This document shows, piece after piece, positions 14,310-27,010 of a stretch of 64,000 nt of DNA. This DNA comes from Tubiluchus corallicola (taxonomy: Eukaryota > Animalia > Priapulida). Made by a program: the position numbers and the translations under genes. Each line of letters starts with the position of its first letter. Within the stretch, counting starts at the first letter, position 1. Below the pieces are notes generated by a model. It did no database searches, was not told the origin of the DNA, and was given only the letters and a program-made list of their open reading frames with translations. The stretch lies in NCBI GenBank assembly GCA_030141605.1, contig JAQGDQ010000200.1:124001-188000 (forward strand), given 5' to 3'.

Positions 14310-15922
14310 GTTACATCTCAACCCACAAAGAGCATTACAGCATGATACAGTTACATCTCCAGCCACAAAGAGCATTACAGCGTGATACAGTTATATGTCC
14401 ACCCACAAAGAGCATTACAGCATAATACAGTTACATCTCAACCCACAAAGAGCATTACCGCATGATACTGTTACATCTCAAACCACAAAGACCATTACAA
14501 CGTGATACAGTTACATCTGAATCTACAAAGAGCATTACAGCATGATACAGTTACATCTCCACCCACAAAGAGCATTACAACGCGATACAGTTACATCTGA
14601 ACCTACAAAGAGCATTACAGCATGATGCAGTTACATCTCCACCCACAAAGAGCATTACAGCGTGATACAGTTACATGTCCACCCACAAAGAGCATTACCG
14701 CATGATACAGTTACATCTCCACCCACAAAGAGCATTACAGCGTGATACAGTAACATCTCAACCCACAAAGAGCATTACAGCTTGATACAGTTACATCTCC
14801 ACCCACAAAGAGCATTACAACGTGATACAGTTACATCTGAACCCACAAAGAGCATTACAATGTGATACAATTACATCTCAACCCACAAAGAGCATTACAG
14901 CGTGATGCAGTTACATCTCCACACACAAAGAGCATTACAACATGGCACATTTACATCTCAACCCACAAAGAGCATTATAGCATGATACAGTTACATCTCC
15001 ACCCACAAAGAGCATTACAACGTGATACAATTACATCTCAACCCACAAAGAGCATTACAGCGTGATACAGTTACATCTCCACACACAAAGAGCATTACAA
15101 CATGACACATTTACATCTCAACCCAGAAAGAGCATTGCAGCGTGATACAGTTACATCTCCACACACAAAGAGCATTACAACATGGCACATTTACATCTCA
15201 ACCCACAAAGAGCATTACAGCATGATACAGTTACGTCTCCCCCCACAAAGAGCATTACAGCGTGATACAATTACATCTCCACCCACAAAGAGCATTACAG
15301 CGTGATACAGTAACATCTCAAACCACAAAGACCATTACAACGTGATACAGTTACATCTGAACCTACAAAGAGCATTACAGCATGATACAGTTACATCTCC
15401 ACCCACAAAGAGCATTACAGCGTGATACAGTAACATCTCAACCCACAAAGAGCATTACAGCGTGATACAGTTACATCTCCACCCACAAAGAGCATTACAA
15501 CGTGATACAGTTACATCTGAACCCACAAAGAGCATTACAACGTGATACAATTACATCTCCACCCACAAAGAGCATTACAACGTGATACAGTTACATCTGA
15601 ACCCACAAAGAGCATTACAACGTGATACAATTACATCTCAACCCACAAAGAGCATTACAGCGTGATGCAGTTACATCTCCACACACAAAGAGCATTACAA
15701 CATGGCACATTTACATCTCAACCCACAAAGAGCATTATAGCATGATATAGTTACATCTCCACCCACAAAGAGCATTACAACGTGATACAGTTACATCTCA
15801 ACCCACAAAGAGCATTACAGCGTGATACAGTTACATCTCCACCCACAAAAAGCATTACAACGTGATACAGTTACATCTCCACCCACAAAGAGCATTACAA
15901 CATGATACTTTTACATCTCCAC
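14310..15922. repeat. 40-bp minisatellite, about 40 copies
   Basis: Unit ACCCACAAAGAGCATTACAGCGTGATACAGTTACATCTCC with an exact 40-bp period and substitutions only. Confidence 0.97.
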
Positions 15923-15925
15923 TAT

Positions 15926-16967
15926 TACATCATATGATATTGAATATTGCTGATTATTATACATAAGTAACTAATTTTCTCAATACTCATCATCTCAGTA
16001 TTCCTCAATCTCTGTAAATAAGTAAACTTCGAAAATAACATCTGCGTTTAATAGTTTTGTTAATTTCCTGTAATTTTATAATACTGTACTTCTTTTGTTC
16101 ATAATATTAGTTGTAGATGGCCCTGTTGCCAACATTCGGTTAGTCACGTACGTTGTATATGATTTACTGACATGCTGACTCCAGTATGCAATACGCATTT
16201 CTTACATGCAGTGTGCTTTTACTTTGTATACTTAAGTTTTTAATTGGTAAACAATGATTTTATATTCATCATGTAATAACATAAACGAAGCAGTAAACAA
16301 AGCCATCTATTCTGGATGCTTCGACTGTCTTAGCATCCATGCCTAGCAGATAAAAAACAGAATTGATCTACTTTAGAAATTGAAATTAAAAGCAGCAAAA
16401 AAAAACGTGCAATAGTTTCGATTCTGTTATTATTTGTTAGGCCTATTCGTATTTTAAATTACAGCACGTCTTTGTGGATTATAATTTCAGTTTCTAAACT
16501 AGATCTATTCTGTTTTTTTTGTAGGCTTTTATCTACCGAGGATGACTTCTCGGACAGACAAACCTCAACAATAGATTTCATGGTTATATTTACTCCTTCG
16601 TTTGTGATAACTAGAAATTATGACAGATATAAAATCATTATTTACCAATTAAAAACTTACGGATAAAAAGTAAAAGCACACTGCACTTAAGAAATGCGTA
16701 TTGCATACCGGAGACAGCATACCAGTCAATCATATACAACGTATGTGACTAACCGAATGTTGGCAACAGCGCCATCTACAACTAATACTATGAACAAAAG
16801 AACTTCAGTATCATAAAATTACTGGAAATTAACAAAACTATGAAATACAGATGTTTTTTTACAAAGTTTTCATATTTACAGAGATTAAGTGAATACTAAG
16901 ATGACGAGTATGGAGAAAAATAGTTACATATGTATAATAATCAGCAATATTCTATACCGTATGATGT
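15926..16967. mobile_element. Foldback element of about 1 kb (long imperfect palindrome)
   Basis: Arms of about 480 bp are reverse complements, e.g. GAATATTGCTGATTATTATACAT / ATGTATAATAATCAGCAATATTC and CTGTTGCCAACATTCGGTTAGTCAC / GTGACTAACCGAATGTTGGCAACAG; centre near TAGGCCTA at 16438. Confidence 0.8.
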
Positions 16968-17539
16968 CGCAATTATAAAATGTTGACATTTCTGTATTGA
17001 CGAACTTCTAACAGTAATAAAGTAGTCCATCTATACAACAATCAATAATAGTCTATATGGTAATGAATTCATTAAATTCATTTCATTAAATACATTAAAT
17101 TGACATTTCGTGGAAAAATATAAGAATTGTCAGCAGTCTTATCAAAATCATGTCACTTTGGGGGAATTACATAGGTTGGACGACATTTTTTGTTAGTTGC
17201 AAAATCTCACAAATGACCAACGCAGAGCATAAAGCTTCGGGGCTTTTTCTACTTTCAATAAGTGCACTACACGCTAATTATTTCTACATTATTTTATTAT
17301 TAATGGAGCTGAGGTCACAGTTTCAATCAAGGAGAGACGAGTGTTACATTAATCAGTTGGCAAGCGGGGTCTGAGTTATTATTAATAAAGCAATCATCAC
17401 CCTAATTGCACAAGGTTATTAATTGTCACAGATGTCAGGTTCACTGAGCTGCCTGGTATGGTCGACAGGTGTAGAAATGACAACAAAAATGTTTCAAATT
17501 TACTGACTTGCTTAGGAACAATAGCTGCCAATAACTGTA

Positions 17540-17942
17540 AATGACTGACAGGCTGACTAACTTACTCAACCAACTCACTGAAGAATTGACTGAAAGCATT
17601 ATTGTTAACTATAATTATTGTTAACTAACCCACTAACCGACTCATCAACTGATAATAAACCATTCAGCTGTCTGATCAAGCAACGAAGCAACTGGCTGAC
17701 TGTCCAAGTAACTGAGTGACTAGCTGAATGCCTGCCAGACTGATTCATTCACTAACTGACCAATTGACCAATGAACTGATCAACCAACTGACCAATTGGC
17801 ACCAACAAGCTGACTGATTATTAGTTGCCTAGCAGACTGACTGAGTGAATGACCTATTTAATGACTGATTAACTGACTGTCTAACTGACTAACTCAGTAA
17901 CTTTTTGGCTGACTGGCTGCGACTAGTTGACTGAATGACTGT
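17540..17942. repeat. Highly degenerate (ACTG)n tract
   Basis: Recurring CTGA/CTAA tetramers. Confidence 0.7.
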
Positions 17943-18579
17943 GGTCGTTGACTGCATTTTTGCTCTAGTAAAGATATTTCTTTAGAAAAAAATGTCATGT
18001 TACGAAACGATGAACAATACGCAACATTATTTAAAGACCACACAGAAAAAAAATCTAAATTATGGAAAATAAATAATTTGGGTAAATGCACTGAATGTGG
18101 AAAATGACTGTTCATTTGTTTTTAACAACAAACGTTGCAGTGTACTTAAAGTAGAAGAAAAGCTCCATTTACATAAAGCTTAAAAAATTCGTCTTGACAT
18201 TTTATACCATTTACATACTGCCTTTTTGCATGCAAGACTTCAATCGACAGGCAGATTTCTTTTATTTTAGAATTCTGCCTGCCCAATGTCTACAATAGAC
18301 GTGACGGGCTTATGATGATGATGATGATGATGATGAACGCTGTATAAAACATGTAAATTCAAACTCCCGCGATGACCGTTAGACGCAGGCATTTTCACGT
18401 AAGGTTATTTGAAACAAGTTTAGATAACATTGTGTAAAGTTTGAAAAAATAACCAGAGCATTCGTAGCGCACACTCAAACCTAATGCCAATGTAAGGCAA
18501 AAACTCTGACACGAATATTTACGTAATTTTGTGTAAAATTTCTCTCCTTGGAATCGATGGTTAGCTGACGACCGATAGG

Positions 18580-19416
18580 CAGTGGGTTGATGATGGCACC
18601 CGCCATGAACTCATGTGGTCCTTTGTGTGGCCCACTTTGACCCACGCCCCCCCCCCCCCCACACACAGACGTTTTTACAGCACGGTTCTAAAGATAAAAA
18701 GACGCCGTGATACACTCCAAGATTAGGTTTTAAAGAAAGTACATAATTGTTATTTTGTATTTGAAATTAAAACACAATAAAAAGTTTTACAGTAAATCTC
18801 AAAACGTGATAAAAACACGTGTGTTTTAATTATTTTAATTTTAAACGTAAAATGAAAACAAATACGCATTGTGAAAAATGTATCATGAAAGATTTAAAAC
18901 CGTCTCTTTCGTCTAGGCTTCATTCTGTCGAAGTAATAACTTTATTGTATTCCTCCTCAGTAACTAATTCTCTTTCAATGGAGGGCAAAGGTAACCCAGA
19001 CATCCTCCCCCATTGTAGAAAAGAGGTATCTATTCCAGCCGATTTAAGGATCGTTCAGCAACCGCACAAGTGAACTAAAAAAATGTTGAAAAGGCGCAAA
19101 TTTGAAAATTTTGAAAAATGTGCTAGTGATCAGGAGAGCGGAGAAACCGAGGAGGCGAGATCGGCTGCAGACGAGGAGCAACTGTGGGAGATTCGGGGTT
19201 ATACAGAAATTTCTGCTTCTTTTAATTCCGGTACGAAAATACAAGCGTTTTGTTATCATGCTACGGATGTTGTTCTGGCAACGGGAACGTTCGACAAGCC
19301 TAACCGATTGCACGTCAGCGGAGAATCGTACAAATTCGTGCACCATTCTCTTGCCGATTTTGAACAGCTAATTAAACAAGGAGTCTCCCCTTCCTCCCCC
19401 AATAGCTACGCCACTG
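18580..19416. mobile_element. Possible TIR element with CAGTGG...TAGCTACGCCACTG ends
   Basis: Right end TAGCTACGCCACTG is a common MITE terminus; left end CAGTGGGTTG is only a partial match; C-rich subterminal tracts. Confidence 0.35.
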
Positions 19417-19608
19417 CCTTACAGCAAACAACATGCGCCTATGTATTCAAAACATTTGTAACCCGTTAAACAAATAGTAAGTAAAGAAAAGCTGTGTTAA
19501 ATAATGATTTTGATTAAATTGGTGATTAAATTATTAAATTAATAATTCAAGATTAAATGCTTGACGATGCAAGATTAAACTATCGTCGTGGATAGAAGCC
19601 TAGTTAGG

Positions 19609-19890
19609 TGTGGCATCACGTGACCAGCTGATGTTCGACCGGCTGACTCAGAAGTAAAGATTGATGATGTAATCCTTATGCGAAGAAGCTCACGGCGCAT
19701 TAGGTAGTTAGACAAAAGTGTTTTGAGGCCCGCACCTCGAGGGAGATTAGGAACTGACTTGAAGACGGAGAGCTGGCATTAGCATCCTCTTATATTTACC
19801 GTGTTGTGTTTGATATTTAATAAATGTTTTGTTCATTAAATAAAGTCTTGATAGTTTGCCATGCCCATCGTGGCTACCTCACGCGCCACA
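19609..19890 (+). mobile_element. Probable solo LTR
   Basis: TGTGGC...GCCACA termini, E-box CACGTG, AP-1 TGACTCA, TATA-like TATATTTA and two AATAAA. No TSD seen. Confidence 0.5.
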
Positions 19891-20568
19891 CAATAAACAA
19901 CAATAATCAGCAAGCAGCATTAACCACAAGAATAAATAGACTTTAACCAATTATTTTACTTAGTACTATATCAGAAGAATCAGAATCATTTGTTGGTCGA
20001 ACAGAAACAAAGATGGGAATAAGTTAACAGGGCAAGATGATCAATCTTGTGACACCCTTGACACTGATAACGACAACGACACCCCCCAGAGCACCAGAGT
20101 GCCCTGTTAGAGAACCATTGCTGTAAGGGCGGCAACCACTGTGGCGAGTAACAACATAATTTTGCCATAAATGTTCTTATAGATGATTTGACGATAAAAA
20201 TGTCTGATAAATACGACTTCCGCTGGAATGATGAAAATGTGGAAGTAAAAACGGATTATGTCCTCAGGGTTCCATTCAAAGCTGAGTGAGATCAACACTA
20301 AATGTAAAGACGTGATTTTCAAAAAACAACTTGTGTTCCAGCGCCTACTGTATGGCCTCGGGTAGAAACCAGAAAAGGCAACTAAATTGATGAATAAATT
20401 GACAGTAGGTCAGAGTTACAAATTCTACAAAGTTATACTCAGTTTTTAGATAGATAAGGTGTGGCCCAGTTTTTTTTTATTTCTAAAACTGTCAAATCTT
20501 TTCAAAAGTTGCACTAAGCCTTAGTGAACAATGGGCGTATACAAAAGTATCTCGAGAAAGTGTTGAGA

Positions 20569-20689
20569 AATTTATGGAGAAAGTCGGTTAAGTACATTTG
20601 TTACGCGCCAATATATATACATTCCTTATAAAAACTTGCAAACTCGTTGGCGCGTAACAAATGTGCTTAACCGACTTTCTCCATAAATT
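20569..20689. repeat. 121-bp hairpin (43-bp arms), probable mini-MITE
   Basis: 20569-20611 and 20647-20689 are reverse complements with one difference (a G-U pair on the + strand RNA). Confidence 0.85.
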
Positions 20690-20719
20690 ACATATATATG
20701 TAATCTTTATTTGCAAATA

Positions 20720-21410
20720 AAAAAAAACGATATTCATAAGCATAAAAGCATAAAAGAACATTGCAACATGAGAATAAAAATTTACACAACTGTTAAAGGA
20801 AATGCGTCCAGTGCAAGATAAAAACTACTGTGCCAAAAAATTTAAAACAAAAATATATATTATAGTGTTACACGCAAATTATAATAGACTATATACAATA
20901 TACACATATAATTTAAAACGGACGTGGGTAAATAAAATTTGCGGATGTGGGGCTTTCAAAACTATTTAATGTATGTGTTTTTAATTTTGATTTGAATTCG
21001 TGGAAAGACTTGATTCGTTTTAAATTTGATGACAAGGTATTCCAGAGTTGAACTCCTTGTTTAGTGATAGAATTGTTGCCGTATTTGTTATTAGTGCGTA
21101 CTTGTTTAATATTGTGTGTTCTTGGATTTAATGTTGGCTCCAAGAGGAGTGGAAGCTTATTTTTGATGAAGGGCGTGTTGATATTGTTGATGTATTTATA
21201 TAAAAACAGGATTGTATAGAAGTCTTTATGTGCTTGTAAAATTGGTATTTTAAAAATTGTTCTTAATTCTTTTGCAGAGGATTGATTCTGATGAGAGACG
21301 TTTTATTTGAATAGCCAGAGACTAATCTTAATGCATAATTTTGAAGTCTATTTAGTTTGTTATAGCTGTCTCTAGAAACTTCATGAAAAAGTGTGCATCC
21401 GTATAAAAAG
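20720..21410 (-). mobile_element. 5'-truncated LINE remnant (ORF2 C-terminus and 3' tail)
   Basis: LNRLQNYALRLV...RTNNKYGNNSITKQGVQLWNTL...FKSKLK is the typical CR1/L2-type ORF2 tail, followed by a T-rich 3'UTR and AATAAA. Confidence 0.75.
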
Positions 21411-22301
21411 TGCATTTTAATGTATTAAGTGTGTTAAAGTACTGTACTTATGTAGCGTAAGTTTGAAATACACTGTGCAAAAAGGTTTAAAAGTTTGAAT
21501 AAAAGTTGACAGAAACGCAAATTCAGTTCTAAATAATTAAGCGAATGAAAACTACATAATGAAAAAATCTGGTAATTAAGAAACAATTATCGATAAACGC
21601 AATGTGTCAAACCATCTACGTGGTTTTATCTTTGGGTAAAAAAGAAACAGTATCTGATGTTTACTATATTTTTTCTTTTTTCTAAAAGCATGTAATTTTT
21701 TCTTTTTTTCTCCTGAAGATAAGTTATACAAAGGCGTTTTTAAAAAAATTTGCTTTTAAAATGTCACATCTTTTATAACTTTGATAAAATACGAATTCAT
21801 ACTTTATCGCATTAGATCATAATTGATAATATAGGCATAGGGGCTACATTCTATACGGTCTACAGTCTGCACGTGTTTGTAGTTTCTGTTTAATAACCAG
21901 AATTCACAAAAGTAGTGAATTAAAAGGTGGCCTGTCATGCTTTATTTGCCTCAGGACCGTATTGGGGGGACCCCAAGGCTAATGAAATTATTGGGCTTCC
22001 TTCAGACGGAGCCACTCTCTAATTCGACCACGCATGCGTCTTGACTATTTTTTACTCCTGATATATTTTAGCGACATTTACATAGCTTGAAGTAAACTTA
22101 TTGTAAATTCTTTAAATAACCTAGAACAGATATCTTTTGTTTGTGAATAAAAATATTCAAGAAGAAGTACCATTGTATGTTTTACCATTCATTGCAAATC
22201 AAATTAGCATATATTTCAAGGGGTAGTGAAGAAAAGTAATGTTTACCAAGTGTTACCAAAGTTTGAAGGCCCTTGGTGGAAGCCACTACTGGCTTATTAT
22301 A

Positions 22302-23292
22302 CGGTGGCGGATTTAGGGGGTGGGCCCAAGGGGCCTGCCCCTCCTTTCATAGTAGCAGTTACAGCACACCAAGTGAATATTTTCTCTGGATTATAAGCTT
22401 TAGAACGTTTAGTGGTAGCTTTTAACGACTTATATCGAGCAAAAAGTTCTGCATTAATGATTTGAGTGTAAAAACGTTTAAGCTCTTTAAGTGATAATTG
22501 AAGTTTTTGGCAAAGATGTCGCTGTGCGCAATTATATGCTATAGTAGCGTGTATACTAGTATATTGGTGTGTAATTAAAGGAAAACCGGACGATTGTTTA
22601 TACTCAAACTCATTTTAATTTACTGACCAAAATATACATTTTCTTGCCTATAAAAGTTAGCAATTGTATTTGAAAAATTAGCTTAGAAAGTTAATTAATG
22701 GCAACCAAACACAGCTATTGCTTACATCAGAAACTAACCACAGTTTGTGCAATGGCAGGCGTCTTCCCTTGCGCATCAAGCACATTTGCATAGGTGTTAC
22801 AGTATTGCTTAAACGCATGATGTCACGAAAAATGGACTTTACATTATATGACGTCAGAAACTAACACTGCAGTGGTTGTCACTCATGATCATAGTTATCA
22901 CGGTACCACCTTCTATTTGTCGGCCACGCGCACGTGACAAAAAGGCGCTGTTGCCAATCTTAGTAGATTCACTGAGAGGCGCGTTGAAAGTTTAACGAAA
23001 TTTGAGTATCCGATGTAATTATTATTTAATCTAAGCTTTGATTTAAAAAAAGCTATTGTAGTTTTCAATCTTTCAGAGCATTCTTTATTCTGAACTCGTG
23101 TTTACACAATCATCCGGTTTTCCTTTAAGAGTCAAAAGTTTGAGGTGACATAATGAGTTTTAAACTATCGAATTTGCTTGAAGAAATAGTAAGAAAATTG
23201 GTCTAAAATGCAGTGGTAGCCGGTGTCCCCCAGACCCCCTAACTGCTTTTTCGTTGGGCCCACCCTTTTTCTAAAGCCTGGATCCGCCCCTG
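22302..23292. mobile_element. MITE with CAGGGGCGGATC-type termini, interrupted by the Kolobok-like MITE
   Basis: CGGTGGCGGATTTAG...GGGTGGGCCCAA on the left; TTGGGCCCACCC...CTGGATCCGCCCCTG on the right. No clean TSD. Confidence 0.6.
22579..23124. mobile_element. Kolobok-like MITE with near-perfect TIRs of about 22 bp
   Basis: TTAA|AGGAAAACCGGACGATTGT...ACAATCATCCGGTTTTCCT|TTAA. Confidence 0.8.
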
Positions 23293-23854
23293 CTATAGGA
23301 TAACCCAGCCCTGTTTATACTGACAGAAGAAATTAAATTCAGGCGAAATTTATTGTACGTACGTTATTATAAGTTCAACTCGTGTGCAAAATGAAATCTA
23401 TATAAATACAAAAATTACTGGGAACCAGCATCACTTTGTTATCGTTTAAATTTATGGAGCCGCAAATGACGTCATGCGTATTCCTAATAAGGTAATTATC
23501 GGTTACCGATCCTGTTTTTCGTTGCACAATGTTCGGTGGTGCCAAGGAAAGAAAAATGGAGCAAATTTGTCTCGGCGTTTTGCGTAATCATCTGCGATTT
23601 AAATATAAAGTCAACGGCACGGATGACGAATTTAGAGGACTCACGAATGAGCAAATTATTATAATTAACGTCAATGACAAACTCACCAGTTTGTGTTTTT
23701 TGCATGATTGCTAGAAATGGCATAGGCCTTTAAAGAATACCTGTCACGAAAATTTGTTAAAATTTACGTGATAAACGATGCAAAGGTATAAAAAGTTACA
23801 GCCTATAAACGCGCGAAAACAAATACACCAAATTAGAAAGTGTGAAAATGTTTA

Positions 23855-23926
23855 ACCGCGACTGGGAATAGAACCCAAGACGTTCAGCTTTCAGGGCAGC
23901 TATGCTAAGAAATGGTACGCTATGCT
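23855..23926 (-). mobile_element. tRNA-derived SINE head
   Basis: Minus strand reads TAGCGTACC...TTAGC then TTGGGTTCTATTCCCAG (B-box/T-arm). Confidence 0.45.
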
Positions 23927-25739
23927 GTATGAAAGAAATGTTAAACATATTTCAGTTTAAAAACTCATAAAAATGCCTACAATAAAAAATAACTGCAGTT
24001 CTCCCCGGTAGGACATTCGAAATCTAGTTTAAATTTTAGTCATTTCATTTATAAATCTCTTTTGTTTAATAATAACTATGAATTCTTTTTGTAATCCTAA
24101 TAATGCTACAAAAAATTCAATATCTATTGGGGTTATATGGGCCTTTAAATGTCCTCTATATAGCAAGATTGTTATATTAAAAATTAAATTAAATTAAATT
24201 GAATTAAATTAACGGGTTTATGTCTGCAGCAATAGAGGTTATTCTTTGTTGCTAATTCGTTTTTTACTGTTTTTTTCAATGTTTGATCTTAAATTTTTAC
24301 AGTACTAGAACATGTCAGGGTATTTCCCGCGTATAATCTTTTATTTTGTATGTGACCAATAAACCCTCTCTGTACATTATACCTACATCTATGTCCTTAT
24401 TACCCATGCTAGTACTTCAATCATTACTTAGTTACGCTCGTCTGAAACATATAATTCACGTTATACTAGGTAATGTTTATGCTATATATTATACGTGACC
24501 TCTAAATTAGGTCTATAGTTAGTTTCGAACATAAAAATTAAATTGGGTGGTATTAAACATGAAATTGCTCTGGGTTTGGGCTGGCAGGCATCCATTAGCA
24601 AGTCAGTCAAGGACGTACTGTAGAAATTACTGTAGACAAGTTCTTAGAGCAGGAATCGTTTTAACACATCAGACGCTATAATTCCTTAACGATGTATAGA
24701 AAATATGAACAGCAGTGATGTGACTAATGTGCCGTAGAATTATATTCTGATGTTTTGGCAGCCCTTGATAGCCAGTTACACTCAGAACAAAAACGTAGAA
24801 TGCGTTTTATTAGAAAAACAAAGTTGTTACCCGCTTGACAAGGAAATTTTCTATAATTCACACCCTCATAACAAATAAAAAAGATGATCTTTAGTCTATT
24901 ACGCATAAAAACATAATATAAGCGTACTAACTTTCGAAAAAAACGTAATGTATGGACAGATAGGCCTATGCTTCGCATATCTCGCATTTATTGATTTTTA
25001 AAGAAAATAGAGAACAGTACAGTAAAACGAACATCTGTCTTATATTTTTTATTTATTGGGGAGTGTGAATTTTCGAAAAGTTTCTTGCCATGTGGTAAAC
25101 AACTTTGCTTTTCTAATTAAATACATTCTAAATCTTTATTGTATGTGTAATTGGCTGACCACGGCTGTAGGGCCAGTCGAAACGTATAAATAAAGTTCTG
25201 TAGCATTTTTTTGAGTCATAGTGTCATTATTTTTGATAAGACTTTAATACATTTTTAATGTCGTTTCAATGGAGAAGATAGGCAAAATGTGTCCCACTGA
25301 GAGTCAAATTTGATCACATTTTTCAGTCGGTATTATATTGTTTTGTTCAATAAGTTACTTCACAATTCACTTCAGTGACATAGATGCATTATACAGTACA
25401 AATGCAATACTATTTAATCAGTACAAACATCAGAAATCAGTCAATATTTCGTTTCGATTACGTCGATTGAAACTGCATTCTGCATTTTGAGAAACCCAAT
25501 TAGTCAGTCAAGAGTGAAATTAGGAATGTTTAGAAACGTCAAAATTAAAGTTAATATTTCGTTTTGTAGACGTGTGATTTTAATTAACATCAAATTAATC
25601 TTTGTCCCGCATAGCTAATGGCACTTTTAAAGGAAAGGTCAAACCGTTCTGGGAAGTTAAGCTTATTTCCATGATCACGAACATTAAACACAATACAAGA
25701 ACTGACAAAGCACACGAAAAGTTGCTTTTCAAATCCTGA

Positions 25740-26285
25740 TGTAAGTGAGTGAGTAAGTAAGTTAGCAAGTAACTAAATAAGTTAGAAAGCAATAAGTAAG
25801 TAAGAGAGTGAATGAGTGAGTGAGTGAGGGAGTGAGTGAATGAGTGAGCTCCTAAACTAGCAAGTAACTAAATAAGTAAGAAAGCAGTAAGTAAGTAAGA
25901 ATGAGTGAGTGACTGAGTGAGTGAGCAGTGAGTGAGCTCCTAAACTAGCAAGTAACTAAATAAGTAAGAAAGCAGTAAGAGAGTGGGTGAGTGAGTGAGT
26001 GAGTAAGCTAGCAAGTAGCTAAATAAGTAAGAAAGCAGTAAGAGAGTGAGTGAGTGAGTAAGTAAGAGAGTGAATGAGTGAGCGAGTGAGTGAGTGAGTG
26101 AGTGAATAAGTAAGTAAGTGAGTGAGTGAGTGAGTGAGTGAGTGAGTGAGTGAGTGAGTGAGTGAGTGAGTGAGTGAGTGAGTGAGTGAGTGAGTGAGTG
26201 AGTAAGTAAGTAAGTAAGTAAGTAAATAAGCGAGTAGGCGAGTAGGCGAATAGGGGAGCAGGCGAGTGAGTGAGTGGGTGAGTGT
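25740..26285. repeat. (GAGT/AAGT)n microsatellite with internal block duplications
   Basis: Direct inspection; CTAGCAAGTAACTAAATAAGTAAGAAAGCAGTAAG recurs. Confidence 0.95.
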
Positions 26286-27010
26286 TTTACACATTTAATA
26301 TACAATTCTTAAACTTACAGCACAATAACTATAAGTTGTGAAATATTGTCAGCGCTGGAACTGGAAGTGACCTGCATGCTGCTGCTGTTTTTTTAATTTT
26401 TGACCATGTTCATATTTTCAAATCATTAATTAAGGCAGAGCATAAGTTATTGCAGTACGTAAAACCACATAAATTCCATTGTATGTATTATGCTATAATG
26501 ACAATGAATTGCTTACTTACTAGAACAAGGATTCTGTTAAATATCCCAGGAAGGTGTTATTTTGCTGTTTTTCACCACATGAAAAGCCCTCTGATTTCGT
26601 CAATAGAACAAACAGAGATTATACATCAAACAATTTTAGAAGAAAAGCATCTACAACTTCCTAGAAAACTCTGATCTTGACATTCACAAAATTAATTCCA
26701 TCTGGATCAGTAGTTGTTACCTGTGGTGTTAATGACAGGTAATCACGTTGCAATCAGACAGTGATGTTGGTAAGAGGATTAACACAGTTAAACAACAGGT
26801 AATTCTTTCAGGTAAATCTTTCAGGTGGTGATTCGTTAATACAGAGAAGTTCTGTTATAAGCTTTACGACTGAGGAAGATGAAGTTACTTCACTGTCTTT
26901 CCCACGGTACGGAGTTTATAAAGGCTTCCACCTCCAATTTGTATGTTTAAATAGGAAGACAAAGCAATGTTAAAGTATGTATCAAAAAACAAATCACACA
27001 TCACAGTTAA

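Noticed and set aside
14310-15922. 40-bp array as a CRISPR array or repetitive CDS
   Set aside because: There are no unique spacers and no cas genes, the context is eukaryotic, and a 40-bp period cycles through stop-containing frames.
20228-20285. Box C/D snoRNA (ATGATGA...CTGA)
   Set aside because: Short, no terminal stem, no recognisable rRNA guide, and antisense to the presumed host intron.
25940-26305. LTHS-repeat ORFs
   Set aside because: Translations of the (GAGT)n tract.
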